Source of the DNA: Perna viridis
Taxonomy: Eukaryota
Direction: 5' to 3'
Assembly: GCA_037379345.1 (NCBI GenBank)
Contig: CM074514.1
Location: forward strand, 19,344,001-19,408,000
DNA length: 64,000 bases
Shown here piece after piece: positions 12,101 to 27,100 of this stretch; position 1 is the first letter of the stretch, and each line of letters begins with the position of its first letter. Under the pieces are notes generated by a model. It was not told where the DNA came from and made no database searches. It saw only the letters and a program-made list of their open reading frames with translations. A program made the position numbers and the translations under genes.

Positions 12101-15100
12101 AATTTCATGTAATGATTTCCAAGGATGCATTACACTATACTAAAAACACTGATAACCTTTATTCAGTTGTTTTGGGTTTGTAAACAACTTAATTATTTAA
12201 GTAGCAGTCTTTCTAAAAGTCAGACAGAATGTGATCCATGCATGTCAAAAACCCATCAAATTCAGTTTTATTTCTTTTTCAGAAACAGCTATAGACCACA
12301 TAACCAGTCTTAGTTCTTTTTTTGGTTGTTGTGCTTTTGAGATAAAATTCATATAGATTGTACATGATATTAGCACTTTGCAAGAGTTATTGTTCTTGAT
12401 TTTGTTCAACTTGGTTGTTCTTTGTGGGAGATAAATGTATTATTTTATCAAAAGTACAAACCTGAATATGGAAAGGACAACTGTTACATAAAAAGATAGC
12501 ATATATAGATTGAAAAAGCATTGGTTTTTTTTCTTCACCATGAATCACTTTAATATGGGCAGTGTCTGAATTTTATATGGACTGGTACTTAAATAATATG
12601 ATACATGTATATAGTACATTTGACTTTCTGTTGTATTTTAGGTCGTAGATTTGCTCTTAAGGAGTAATCTGTGTGCCTCCTTGTTGCTGGAAACCCCAAG
12701 TGACATGCAAGAAGGAATAACTACATGTTTACATCTTGCTGCTAAAAATGGACATGTTGAAATTATAAGGTAATATATTTGTATCTTGTTGGTGCATCCT
12801 GTTTCAGTTCAATCGTGCTATGACCTTATTATTGAGGTTTCATTGTTAATATTGTTTATCATTAGTGAAAAATTTATTTCTAAGTAAGTTTTGACAACAG
12901 AAGGATATTTCAATTCAGTCTGTCTGAATTTAAGTATCCTCTTTGTGGTCAAAACTTTCAACTACTGTCAACAAACTACCCTGCTATTTTTAGTTGTTTT
13001 CTGTATCACATATAAATTTTTTTGGTCCAATTCACACTTAGTAGTTTTTGTCTCTAAGAAGTGATAGTTAAGTAGTAGTCTTTGTAAGAATCATGCAAAA
13101 TCTGAAAAATGTGATACACCCCAAAAAGGCTACATATTTTTGTTTTTGTAATAAAGTTGTTTTATGGGTCTATATTATGAAATGTGTAATTATTCATTCA
13201 AGTCTGCCTGCTCTTAGGAGATAATCAACATTGAAAACCTAATAGATTCTATTGTATTTGAGTGTCATTTACAGAGTTATCTCTCAATTTTTAATTGTTA
13301 ATTTTAATTTTAAATTTTAAATTTTTAAAATTTTTTAAATCTACAGTGCATTCTATATAATTTTTGTCTCCTCAGAACATGGGTTGCATGAAAAAAACTG
13401 AATGTCAATTTCTGTTCACATTTTGCATGATTCTTAGCTTAAATTTTCCATGTATATAAGGTCACCATAGATATAAATAGATTTTTGGGATTCAGGAGAC
13501 TTGTTTTCTTGAAAAATTTAAATGTAAGTCTTTGTTATAACCAGGACATTTTTGTATCATGGAAATTTTTTTTTATTAATATAGACTGTTATTACAAGCT
13601 GGTATGGATATCAATAGACTGACTCAACAGGGGACCTGTCTTCATCAAGCAGCACTTTGTGGTAAAGTGGATGTTGCCAAGCTTTTGTTAGATGTAAGTC
13701 AAGTTTGATTCTTTCAATGGCTAAGTAAGTTTTTGTTCATTTTTTTTTCTAAAACTGTAAAAATTTTATACATTGATCTCATAAGTTAGCATTTGGCTAT
13801 GTTTTTTGAAAGATGACTTCTGAGAAAGATTTACAACAAAATATTGGATTGAAATTTCTGAGGATACTAGATTTTATAAAATAAAAAATTGCAAAGTGTT
13901 AAGACAGTTTGGAAAGGAAAAGATGGGTGTAAAAAGAAGACATTTGTTTCAGCATGAAAAACCTGAAAATTATTAAACAGACCCTATCTCAACGATAATT
14001 ATAATTTTATTCCATAATTAGTTGTATGAAAAGTTTTTAAATTTTTTGGATAGCCTTAGAATTATTCCTTACAATATTGAATTGTCTTTTTCAGTGTGGT
14101 GTTGATGTGAATAGAACCAATTCTCATAATGAAACAGCTTTAGATATAGTGCTTAAATACACCCCCAGTCGTGTTGGCAAAGATCTCAAACAGCTGCTTA
14201 CAGGTTAGTAACATTTTTTAGCAATGATCCTAAAAGCAGGTTTAGGGCTAAATAAGTCAAAAGTCATTTGGCCTTGGATTTTAAATTAAATTGTTAGTTT
14301 TGAAGTTGATGATGTGTTTTGTGATGAAATTGTCCATTTACAGGGAGGTAACATTACTCATTATCTTTCCTAACACATCTTGAAGTTGACTAGCCTCCCC
14401 TCCTATATTATCAGTTCAGTTAAAATAAATGTAATGTTGCATCATTTCTTACCACTATTTGGGGCAATCATCTGGGGAATTAGAAAAGGTGGGGTATTAT
14501 TTACAAAGAATTGACCTCTTCTAGTCTGATTTTCTATCATGTGCCATAAGTAGAGCCCATCACTTTGTGGTCTGACCTTTCCTGAATTTATTTACTTGGT
14601 GCATTGGTTTTGTAGTTATTAGTGGTATAGATGAATAGGTACTACTTTATTTTAATACTTCTTACTCATATAGGTAAGCCAAATCTCTAAATTTTACTTG
14701 TGACTTCTCATAAGAAGAAATATGACCATAATGTCTATCCATCTTGTATAAAAGTGACAGAAAATATCTGTCTTGTGATACTCTTCATAGTTAATGTTGT
14801 GATGTTTTACCATTAGCAAGGAGTTTAACCAATTTACCATTAAGTTGTGAACAAAAATGACTTTGTCATAAAAAATCTTTTTTATTGAATTTATTGAATG
14901 TGTCAGTTTAAATTTAAAAGTATAAAAAGTGAATTGTATATCTGGATAAGCATCTCTCCACTTTGTATACACCTACTGATTTTCTAATGCATGTGGTTTT
15001 GGTCTAGATCTTAAAACCAGAGGCCTGTTCATAATAGTAACACACCCTAAAACATTAAATACAACATAAAATGAAATTTAAATAGATCTATCAAAAATGG

Positions 15101-18100
15101 CACCTATTGTATAACTAGTCTGAAAACAGTTTTTATGAAGACAGCCATTTAATTTTTACACTCCTTATATGTGATACCTCTTGTCTAGAAGCCTGGGAAA
15201 GTATAAGACCACAAAGTTTGATTGATAGAAATTTACATATAAAGTGATTCCATTTGATGGTGATGTGTAGAACTGTTACTGTGACAGTTGATCTTAGCAT
15301 CGTTAAATTTTTCTAACTTGAAACTATAAAAACACCTGATATATGAAACACAAGTTTTTTTTTCATTTTATTACTTCATCAAAATTTAATTGAAACATGT
15401 AAATAAGGGTACAAAAAAATTCACTGGTTCCCTAGATTGATCAGATGCTGGTTATGTATGGGAAGGAAGCAGATTTATATCCATTCAGTAGTATACTTTT
15501 ACATGTATCACCAACAGTGAGCCACTCCGTCTGTTCTTTCCTCCTGCACACTTCAGGAGTACCTACTTTTTTGTCATCTTAAACTCAAAAAGTATTGAAC
15601 CATTATTATTCAAAGTTTTTTTAGAGTTTGTATACATATGTTGCTTAATATATACCCTGAGTATATAAAATCGAGGGATATATATATATAGAAACACAAG
15701 CAATATATTTTGATTGAAGTGGACAAAATTGATGAACAGAAAAATCCACATTCTTCATTATAGGATAATGATAGACACACTCCTGTTTATAGCAGTAGTG
15801 TTGATCCCCTTTATACCAATGTTAGCTTTATATGAACTACTCAAACTTATTTAAATAAAAAGATATGCAGATCCCATATTTGCAGAGGTGTCTAGTATTT
15901 CAGTGATTCTATGATAATAAAGGGTATCATGTAACAGCCATGTACAGAATAGTTTCTTATGGTTATACCCTTCTATAGCAATTTTCTACACAATTAAATT
16001 AAAAGTGACTTGGCTTGACAGCTAAAAGATAACTATGTAAGTCATATCAGTGGATGAATTTTTATCAGGTAGACTACAGGTAAAACTTTCTCAAGGTGTA
16101 TTATCTATGTGCATAATTGACTATGTTGGAATTTAGGACACTTTTACTCTGTGACATAACATTGAATAACAGGTAAATATGACTTTTATCTCTCAAATTA
16201 TTATGTTACAATGTCATCAAATGTATATTATATTGTCATTTATTTTCCTAAAATAAAAACTCCAAGAGAAAGTGAGTCAGAAAAACAAACAAACATGATT
16301 TTGTGTTTTCTAACATGTTATTTCATTGATATTTACCCCTGGGAGGAGTTCTTTTGTATGGTTCACTTATCAATTCAATTTTGATAAGAAATTCCTATTC
16401 AATTTTCATGTTAATTTGACTTTTGTACAATATGATTTATACTTTACCAGGTGTGGAAACTGTCCCTGTGTCAAATGTTTAATTCTCTTACTAATCTGGA
16501 ATGGACTGACAAATGTTAGCCTTTTGAACCTAATATATGTTACAACAGAGATATGTTACCTGCTTTAGGTGTTATTAAATGAAAAGGAAACTTTTCATTA
16601 CCAACTTTCTTGTCATGTTAGTAGGTATACATGAGAATACATCATTTAAATTGTTAATCATCAGTTTGAATTAATGATGCTAAGTCATCTTTTACATTGA
16701 TTATAAATTGTCATTGTTAAGAAACAAAAAAAAAGATGAGTCAATTGTGAATTATAGTGTTTGACATCATGGTTTGTCATCTGTTTTGGGAGGTTTGTAA
16801 ACAAAGAATAAGGCAGGAAGTTCATTGACATTATTATTTCATGATAAGTGGATTACAGTAATTCCAAATGTACATTGGTAGGTTATCTTAAAGATTATTT
16901 ATAAGGTAACCAAAAAAATGTAGTTTTTATGTAAGCTTTTAAAGTTTTTTTGCAAACCATTAACTTAATGATAATTATAGATATTGTTAAATTACTTTTA
17001 TTGATGAATACCGATTTTTGTGGTTAATGGGAAAAATGTAGGTTCGTAGATTCGTGAATTTGTTGATTGACAACTCAATCATATAAATGATAGGGAAATT
17101 TCACTTTCATTGGGAACCTAAGTTTGTGGTTTGCCAATTCCACAAAAACCAGGGAAATTGGTACCCCATCCTCAGTAGTATGCACATAAGTTAAAGCCTA
17201 AATAAGTTATAGCAGCTATTACTTAAAGAATCCAAAGATTTTCTTTTTTTGCCTCCAGTAATAGTTTTTATCAGGTAAAACATGGAACCTTTCTACTAAT
17301 GTTATGTGGTAGTTTAATTGTGGTATGCAGCTTCAGTATGAAGGGTTGTATTATGTGTTTTTATATTTTGGATTTAAGTCTCAGTCAAGACATTAAAATC
17401 ATGTTTACTGAACATCTTTCATTAAAGGTTCCAAAAATTTTTTAATATTGCATGAAAATTATTTGAAGTTTGTTATTTGACTTAAACACCTATTTCCAGT
17501 TAACTTCATTAACAGATCATTTTACTTATAAGGGTGGTCATTCATGTCCTCTGGACATATTTCTTGTAGTACTGAATAATTCATAATCAGTTGAATTAAA
17601 AGGAAAGTCCTACTTGATGGAATGATTTGACATTTTGAGATGTAGCTTTGGTGTTTTTAATTTTGTTAGATGTTTGGCATTATTTATACATGATGAAAAA
17701 GAATAAACTATAATTAAAAATTAATGTTTAACATTACTTTTAAGTCACACTTTCCATACATTTATACTGGGCAATATTTTTTAGTGTAGAGGCAGCTTTT
17801 TCATTTCTAGTTGAAGGATAGACTCTGGTCTATATTTTTCAGAAGGTAGACATGAATGCACTATCATAAGCATATATATAATTATAAGATTGTTAAACCC
17901 CATTTATAGACTTTTGTCAATCCGCATAATTTTAGGAAAATGATGATATGGGTAACATCATCCAGAAACTTGGTGTTCATATGGTAACTGTATAAATATG
18001 ACCATTTTGTTGTTATAATTAATAGTGCAGAGTTTGACTTATAGGTAAATGTAGTATACACTATTCATATTAATCTTATATTAAGATTTTTATACTTCAG

Positions 18101-21100
18101 AGGCCAGTTTTGCAGTACAAGCTAGAGCAGTGAAGGATTACTTTAATGTCTACGATCTCCAGTCTTTGTCGTTCAAGGAAGGGGACATAATCAGGGTAAG
18201 TACATGTATGCCTGCTTTTAACAGATGTGTTTGGTATACAAATGTCCATCCATCCATTTCTCCAGTCATAGGCAATTCCTTTGGTAACTCCAAAATATTT
18301 CAATGGATTTTAATGATATTTTGAATCAATGTTGGTTATCATGGATGGAAGCTTCTTTTCACTTCTTGTGTTGTGATTTGCTAATGCTGGATTTATGGTA
18401 CTTTACATAGGAACAGGGAAATGTGTCAAGACTCCAGCATCTCCTGCTAAATCAAATGATTATAAGTTTTGTTACTCCTTTGTTAAGTCACTTCTTTATT
18501 TTTGGCTGCCAAAGGCTATAACAATGCTATTTTGTATTATTGTTCTGTTACACCAACTGGGATGATTTAATATAAAACCTTGAAATTTGAAAATTGCAAT
18601 GAAGTGAAAATTGCCCATTTTGAAATTCAATTATCAACACAAAATAAACAAAAAAGTTTTGGTTATTTCGTAGGATTGAGTTTTTATAGTAACAACACTA
18701 TGTCAAGTGTAATTACTGGTGAAAGGGGTGGAAGTTCATGCAAAATTATGATTGTTAGTGTGATGATTTCTTAGGATGCCAATTTCAGTGCTTATCTAAT
18801 CAATAAATAGCTGGTCTACTTTTTTGTCTAACACTCTACAATGGTAATTATAATATAAAGTAGAGGCATTTGATTTAAGGGAGGTTTTGATCTTGAGATG
18901 TGAAGAGATTACCTAGGGCTCTCTTACATCTTGATTTTATTTGATTTGGGAGGAGTCAGATAAAATGTTTATTTATCAGTTGGACATTCTCTACCGTTCT
19001 CTGTTCCTCTCTGCTTCCTCTAAATGGTTTGTTAATAAATTACATAATGGTGAGATCTATCCTATAAAGGGTGACAGTTTCAAGAGTTGTAAGATAATGT
19101 GACAAATTGTATTTGTCTCCATGTACAATGATGTTTAAACTCTTGTATTACTTTGTATCTTCCTGTATTGGACACAATGTTAGGTAAAACCAAACCAGTT
19201 TCCACCATAAAATGATTAGTCCTGTAAAAAGGTCTTAAAATTTCAAACAGGAGCACATGTTTGGTTATGTTTTTTGTCTTAATTAGAGCAAAAATCAAAA
19301 AGGGCTGCTCTATTATGAATGTATGAGCTGTTTAAATTCAAAGAAAGTTAAAATACCAGTATCTTATTTGTGCCCTAGATTGTAGTCAGTGTGAAGGTAG
19401 CTCTGATACTGGACTTGGTATAAATAGGTCTGGTGTCTCTAAGTTGAGAGTACACATGGGTATGGTAAGATCTGATGTGTCTGTTAATTGTACTCAGTAT
19501 TTATTCCAATATTTTATGGAACATTCAACACCAGGTTCTTTTGAAGAAAAAAAAGAACAAGAATAATTTTATAAATATGCAAGTGAATTGAAAAGTTCTT
19601 CCACTCTAACATTGTTTAACTAGTACTATACACTGTATATAGAGGTCACCAATTTCTAAAGACTTGTTTGTTTACTTAGAGTTTATCTCTTGGTCAGTTA
19701 TGGCTGTCTGAAGTTTGTATCTGTCTGTTAGTTTAGGACTTAGTTTTATCACTGGGTCAGTGATCTTGACTATGATATGATTTTTACTAACTCTGAGTGT
19801 ATGTCAATGAAAGGTCAGCTTTAGACATGTCAAACTTCATTCCTGATATAGTAATGTTGTAGGTAAAGATTCTCTTTCTTGCCATTTTTTTTTCATTTAT
19901 TTTCTGCCTAAGAAATATCAGCAACTGGCCATTTTTTATCCTGTTGCATATTTTATACATTTTTATACAAATGTGAATGTACTGAAGGAAATAACCTTTT
20001 TTAAACTAAGGTCATGTAGGGAATGGTCAAGGTCATACTTTTAGTCCAGTGACACTGAAAAGACTTAGATGATGGAGTTAACTGACAAATCTTTTTTACA
20101 GCACTCCTTTTTACTAGATTATACCACAGTTTTATGTGATGTTGTTCTTTCTGCCTTTTATGGTCCTTGAATGTTGTAAACTTTTTCAGTTTTTTTCCAA
20201 TGCCACATTCCTTGCGCGTTAACGAACCCGTCTGTGGTATTCACCCAGAGTAGGAACCATAGGGCTCTGCCACAGGAGGCGAAATTGCCCGACCCTATCC
20301 AACTCTCCCTATTTCCAGTGGCAATCAAAATTTGTCAACCCTATTATCCTTGTGTCCCATCCCTTTTTCATGTCATCATCATTTCATGTTCATTTTATCA
20401 TCCATCTCATGTTTATCACCTGAATATAGCTGAAATATTGCTGCTCAGGCGTTAAACCCCAACAATCAGTCAATCACAGTTTTTTCCAGTTTTCTTAGAA
20501 ATTTAACAGTTTCATTGATTCTTTCATGTTTTCTAGAATTAACATTTGTTGTGTTTGAGCAACAAAACTGGCAGTTATTGCAAGAGAAAGGACTTCAGGT
20601 GTTTTGCCAATATCTTTTTTTTCAAGTAACTGAAAGCCAAAAGCATTCATCAAATTGAAAAGGATGTCATGACTTATCTGCTTACCAATTACAAAAAAGA
20701 CATAATAAAAATCACTATTTGTTGGACATGAAACTGCTGGTCGTCTGTCCATCCATGTTTTCTGTACATTTTTATACGCTCGTCAAAGATGGGACGTTTT
20801 ATGGTTTGAGTTATTGTCCGTCCGTTGTCTACTCTTCGGACAATAACTCAAAAACACTTTCACCAACTCTAATGAAACTTTGGTGAATATCTATTGACAT
20901 AAGCTCCCTTTCGATTGTGATAAATTTCAGATTTTTCGTTTCCATGTTATGAATTTTTTTCCTTTAAAAAGGAGGGATTTTCAAGATTTCGGACAATTAC
21001 TCAAAAACTCTTTCACCAACTTTTATGAAACTTTGTTGAAGTGTTCATGTCTATTGACATAAGTTCCCTTTCGATTTTTATAAAATTCAGAATTTTCCTT

Positions 21101-24100
21101 TCCGCGTTAAATTTTATGTTTCCGTGTTATGAAGTTTTGCTCTTTAAAAAAAGCAGGAAATGGCCAAGGAAATTTTATTCGTTGAAAAATCATTTAAAAC
21201 AGAAAATTTGCTATGATGATCGACTAATAAATATAAGAAGTACTTGGTAACCTTGTCAGAAAAGTGTGTTTTAAACAAGATAGAAATGTAAAGGTGAAAA
21301 ATCAAGACAACAAACTTAGTTAACATTGAGGTAGCCTTGATAGTGCCAAATTTTTTTGCATTTTTTATTTACTTTTTTTTGGACAGGGAGGGTATTCACA
21401 GTATTTCTAGTTGATCATATAAATTCATTAAAAGCATAAGGACAAGTTAAAAGGGCAACAGGCATATCATGCGCATAAAGCGCAGCTGTTTATTTTGTAA
21501 TGCTCCTACCAAATAAGTTGTTTTGGTATGTAGCATTACTATGCTGTGTTACAGTTAAAGTTCAACTTTGGTTATGGTTGAATGATTTTTACGGAAGTTA
21601 TGGCCCTTGGACTTAGGAAATTTAAGAGAATTTATAGTTTTCCACTAGGTGGAACTCTTCTGTCAGCGTGGCATTCCCACTGTTTGCTGGGGAAGGGGGA
21701 CTTAGTTAAAATTTTATAATTTAGGCTGGTCTTCTGTCGATGCAGTGGAAGTGTGGGATATTGTGAGCATGATTACTAAGGTGGTTCAATTGTTTTAACT
21801 AACCAAGCCCCATAATCGTATCAGGCTCTAGAATAACAATTTTATTATTCACATATTCTTGTTTTGATTTGTTAGTTCTAAGTATACTTATATATCTGCA
21901 ATTTCACACATTTTACTTCTGCCATTTATAGCCATTATTGCCACCACACTGACAGACCTATGTATATCATAATCAATGATAGATAAATGTTCAGAAGTTA
22001 ATTAACTTGTATATTTCAGAATTCCCTGTAGTAATATTAGATATAATTCAGCATACTCTGATAAATAGTCCTGGATGTATATACTAAACATATGTATTTT
22101 TATTTAAGATTTATTTATACGCCCACCTGACAAGTTAGTTTGCCTCTGGTTTGTTCGTTGTTTCTGTCAAGTCATGTATCAATACAGACTAGTGGTAAAA
22201 ACTTTTTTTTTTCAAATGATGTAGGTCAGATATGATTTTGTGATTTTGTTTCACTATTTAGGAGTTGTGGTCCTTTTCACAGACATGATTTTTTCCCGAT
22301 TTTTTAGAGGAATTCCACTATTTCAAGTCCGGATTTTACCGTTACAATTCTTTTTTTTACTGTATATTTACTTTTGAAGTAGACAATTTCCGCTTTGTTT
22401 GTAGACCTGGTAAAATCATCTCTGAATTTTCACTTTTAAAAAATTAGATTGTAGGGGTATATGTTACCCAATCAACAATCCTGGTGGGGTTGTTGTCTCT
22501 TTGACATATACACCATACCTATTCTCGTTATATTCCTCTAGTATTCTTCTGTTGACATCCAGACATGCAAATTCAGGTATCTGCGTTCTAATATTAAAAT
22601 TCAACTTACATGTATGCTAAATTGTGGCTTCAATACAATAAAATTCACTGCACATGTAATCTGACTATTCAGCTTCAAATTAATTCTTATAACAGATATT
22701 TTTATCATTGTAGGAAATATTTTGCTAAATAGACTAGTTTCATAATTTTAATATGCATTAAATCATGTCCTAAGTTTTTATGATACCATTAAAATTAAGA
22801 TGGTCTTTAGTTTTCTTATTTTGTTGAATTAGTTTGAATTAGCTATCGATAAAAGGGTAATATAAAAACATTGCCCTTAAAAACCTTCTGCTAAAAGTAT
22901 ATTTTTGTAATTTTAGCATGCATTAAATCCTTAATCCTCATGAATTTCAACTTATTTAGAATAGTGGACTTCATAAATTTTTATTGTGGACTCTTACTTT
23001 TCACCATTTTCACAAATGTACTGAAATATTCCAGTGATTCAAGTAAAACCATAAAATAATAAACTGGACTGTGTTGAACTGTTGTAGTGATGACACTTCA
23101 CACCTCAATAACAATGTTTAGTTCTGAGTACTTGTAAACAATGATCTCTTTCATCTGGTTCTCTGTTGAGAGGGGAATCCATCTACCCATTCCATCTGTT
23201 AGGGTCTGTATATCTCAGTGACTGGTCATTCTATTCTATGTGCGAATGATATGTACATGAAGAGCAACTTCTTGATTTCACCATGTAGTATCTGGCAGGG
23301 TAGATATTCTTCAGAACTGTTAAACTGATTATATTAAATGTAAACATTGATCATATGGGACCCTGTGGTAAAGAAGATATCCTGTGGACATGTTCTCTAT
23401 CTCTGAACCTTTTGGATGATGTTAGTAGATGATCACATGATCCATGACTGTCAATATTTAGATCTGAGGCAATGATACACTTTAGGTGTACTTGTGAAAT
23501 AGTTATATAATGTTTACTGTAAACAGTGTGTTGAAGTGATAACTTTTAAATGTCCTTTTTACCTTGGGAAAGATGCCAGTTAATGCATTTCCTACTCAGT
23601 CCTTTTAGTAATAAATAGGACATTTGTTAGAGACCATATCTCACACATATGTATTAGTTGGTATGAGGTTTTTAACTATACAGGGTGCTAAATTGTGAAC
23701 TTTTCATGACAAACAGAGTGACTTAATTACCCTGTAATAGAAAGAAATTAATAGACACCATCTAACTTCAGTGACAACATTATATATATAAGAACTTGGA
23801 TTTACTATTATAATTTTTTTGCTGCCTATAGGTACTAGAACAGAATGAGGGGTTGTGGAAAGGATGTGTGATAACAGATGGACGGACAGCAAAAGCTGGA
23901 TATTTCCCTCCTGACCATGTGGTGCTAATAGATAAAAGTGGTAAGTTGTTAACAAAATAGTAACTGAATGACATTGGTAAAACTTAAGGTCCAGAAATCT
24001 CTGTTTATACTGAGTGTATTGATGCATTATACCAAAGTGATATATTCATAAAAGTTATCCTTCTTTCACAAATACAACATGAAGAAAGAATCAAAACAGA

Positions 24101-27100
24101 AGTCAACTGTGTTTGTTAAATTTTATATACAACACATTTTACCTGATATTGACTAAATTTAATTGGAATTCTTATTGTGACTGTGTTAAGAGTCACCTTG
24201 ACAGAATAACTGATACAGGTGTTATGTGAACTGCTTGACAGAATAACTGATACTGGTGTTATGTGAACTGCTTGACAGAATAACTGATACATGTGTTATG
24301 TGAACTGCTGGACAGAATAACTGATACTGGTGTTATGTGAACTGCAAGTCATGATGACAAATTAATCCCACCTTTCTATTACATGTATAACCTTATACTA
24401 TTTTACAGCTATGATGTCCAGTTTTTCAAAGAAAGTAGGCATGCCACAGGTACCAGATCTCATCAGTCGGAATCAACATGTGTTTACTACAGATGATGGT
24501 TTCCCTCCACCTCCACCTTCAGTTTTCTTTCCTCCAGAAAAAGGTAAGATGTCCATAAAACAATATAATACATGGTTTTAAGAAATATTTTAAGGTGTAC
24601 AGTAGCAGGGGTTCAAGTTAGTAATGGCTCTAAGTCGTGGGACTCTCAATTTCTGATCTATGACATTTTTCCTGGGTTCTGGACCTCCAACCCTTTCAGA
24701 TGATACTTTATGAGGGCTTTAGATTTTCCTTAACAGAACCATTGATTTGAAAATCTTTCCACTCTTTAAAGTAAATTTGAACCCCTGTAAAAGTTATGAA
24801 AATGTAAAAAAAAATCATTTTCTGATGAAGGTCATGGCTGGGAAAAGAACAGGTCTACAGTAAAGATTAATAGGACAGACTAGTTGCTTAACTATACTCT
24901 TTATGAATTTTAGATATGAAATAAATGAGGAAGTCATCCATATGCATAACTGCACACCTCAATTTAATGATGATGTATAGGGCTTTACATTCTAATTGTA
25001 TTTCATTGCCAATTTTTCATTCACTTTAATAGCTTTTTATAGAGTTTGATATATTATGATTTTTTTTTACAAAATAATTAAAAGACGGATTACTAAAGCC
25101 TAGTCATAAAATAGAGTTAATTGATGTCTACATCAAAATCCCGTACATTTTACATTATATCACTTTCTTAGTTAATTTAATATTCAAAGGTAAATGATAA
25201 ATAATGTAGTTGTATTACACAAGTTGAATGTGAAGGTATAAAACATTCATTTTATGGTTGAGATGAATTAAATAGGATTAAATATCAAACACTGGGACCT
25301 TTTTGTCATGGATTAATAAAAAAAAAAAAAGATGTATAAATGTGATGATCACAAACACCATGAAATAAATTTAAAGGAAAATGCAGGTATTTGTTCAGTT
25401 TAGTATCATGAAATTTTCCCACAGTATTCTTTAGCATATTTAATTTCCTTAACTATTCTGTTTATACAAAACATTTGGTTAAGATAAAATACAATGTATT
25501 TTAGGATTTGTTAAATACAGAAGTTTAGCACTTGATTAATTATAGAAATATTTAGGGAAAAAGACATATGATCAGATTAAAACCATTAACATGACTAATT
25601 TTATTTCAATAAGATGTGACTTTAGTTTGAAATTTTAAAAGCTATTATAGTGGCTACATGTATGAATCTGATGATAATAAAAATAGCCAACATATCTAGA
25701 GTTGTTATCTTTTGATCAAACAGTGCAAGTAATTAAATAGAAACAGACTATAGTTTCAGCATCAGTTACATTAGAAACAAGACTATAGAAACATCAAGTG
25801 TGTAGGTCATAAATATATTGATGGAATTTCTTCAGTTGAGCATTGATCTTTCCTGACCAGTTTATAATTAGAGAACTTCGTTGAGGAATATTCAATACAT
25901 TATTGATGCAATAAACTATCTTAATGTGTAGGTAAACTGTGCTTTACCTGTGAAAAGTGTTACCTTGTCTTTGATCTTTGGAATTTCTTATCTTGCTTGC
26001 AGATCATGATGTGAAGTATATATCATCTCAATATAGTTCTTATGAGGTAAGTGAAAATGAAGCATGATTAAAACTTTCATTTGATTCAGATTGCCTATCA
26101 TATCTGAAAACAGTGTTGACACTGAAAATGAGTTAAATATCTTAAAATCTGATGTTATTCTAATTAATATCTTTAAATGTCATATAGTTTAGATTCTTCT
26201 AAGAAATTACATTCTCTGAAATAAACCAATTTTACAAGAACTATTTTAATCAAGTAGTATTCCCAAGTGCACACTTTAAAGAATGATTAATTTCTGGATT
26301 AAGGAAATGAAAAAAAAATATGAACTAATGCTTGCAATTTTTACTTTTCATCAGGGAGGTTATGTTTTGAGAAACATTGAATGATAAAATCTGAATAAAA
26401 ACCTTAATAAAAACTAATTCTATTTTTAACTGGTAAGTTTTGGGAGATAAGATAACAGCTGGGGTTTTGATGAGAAGATGAGTTGCTGATCACAGCTTGG
26501 TATTATCTCAGATAGTTTTGACATGTCTGTATATCTGACTGGAGGTCTATAGATAGAGGATAACTATAATTAATGGGGAGAGGGGCTGCTCCACTCTGTT
26601 TTTGGTTGTTAGGCTCCCTTGTTTGGGCTGTTGATACAGGAATAAATTATAAATATTTAATGGAATAATTTGGTATGGGTAATTCATCATTTGAAGAATG
26701 TGATCTTGTATTAGCTTAAATAGTCTTGAAAGCAAAATTAGATGGTATGAAGGAACAAAATAAGATTGAAGAAAGGATAACATGACTCGAAAGGGAATTT
26801 CATTGTTTTATACATTTTGGTGAAACCTTGTTGGGTGTATGCCCTTGAAAAAAAAATAATTAACATATTTTGCATGGATTGTACAGAATTTTATGTGAAA
26901 AATTAATATCTTCTCAAAATTTAAAATTGAGAAATTTATTTCGAAGGTTTGAAGACCATATATAAAGTAGGAACCCCCTGCAATTTACCACTACAATGAA
27001 TTACAGTCTGTTGAGATTCTTGAGTGAAAATCAATTCTTTCCCTAACTGCAGTAAAACCATAGGGAAAATATCTATTAGATTCAAATCATAGATTAAATT

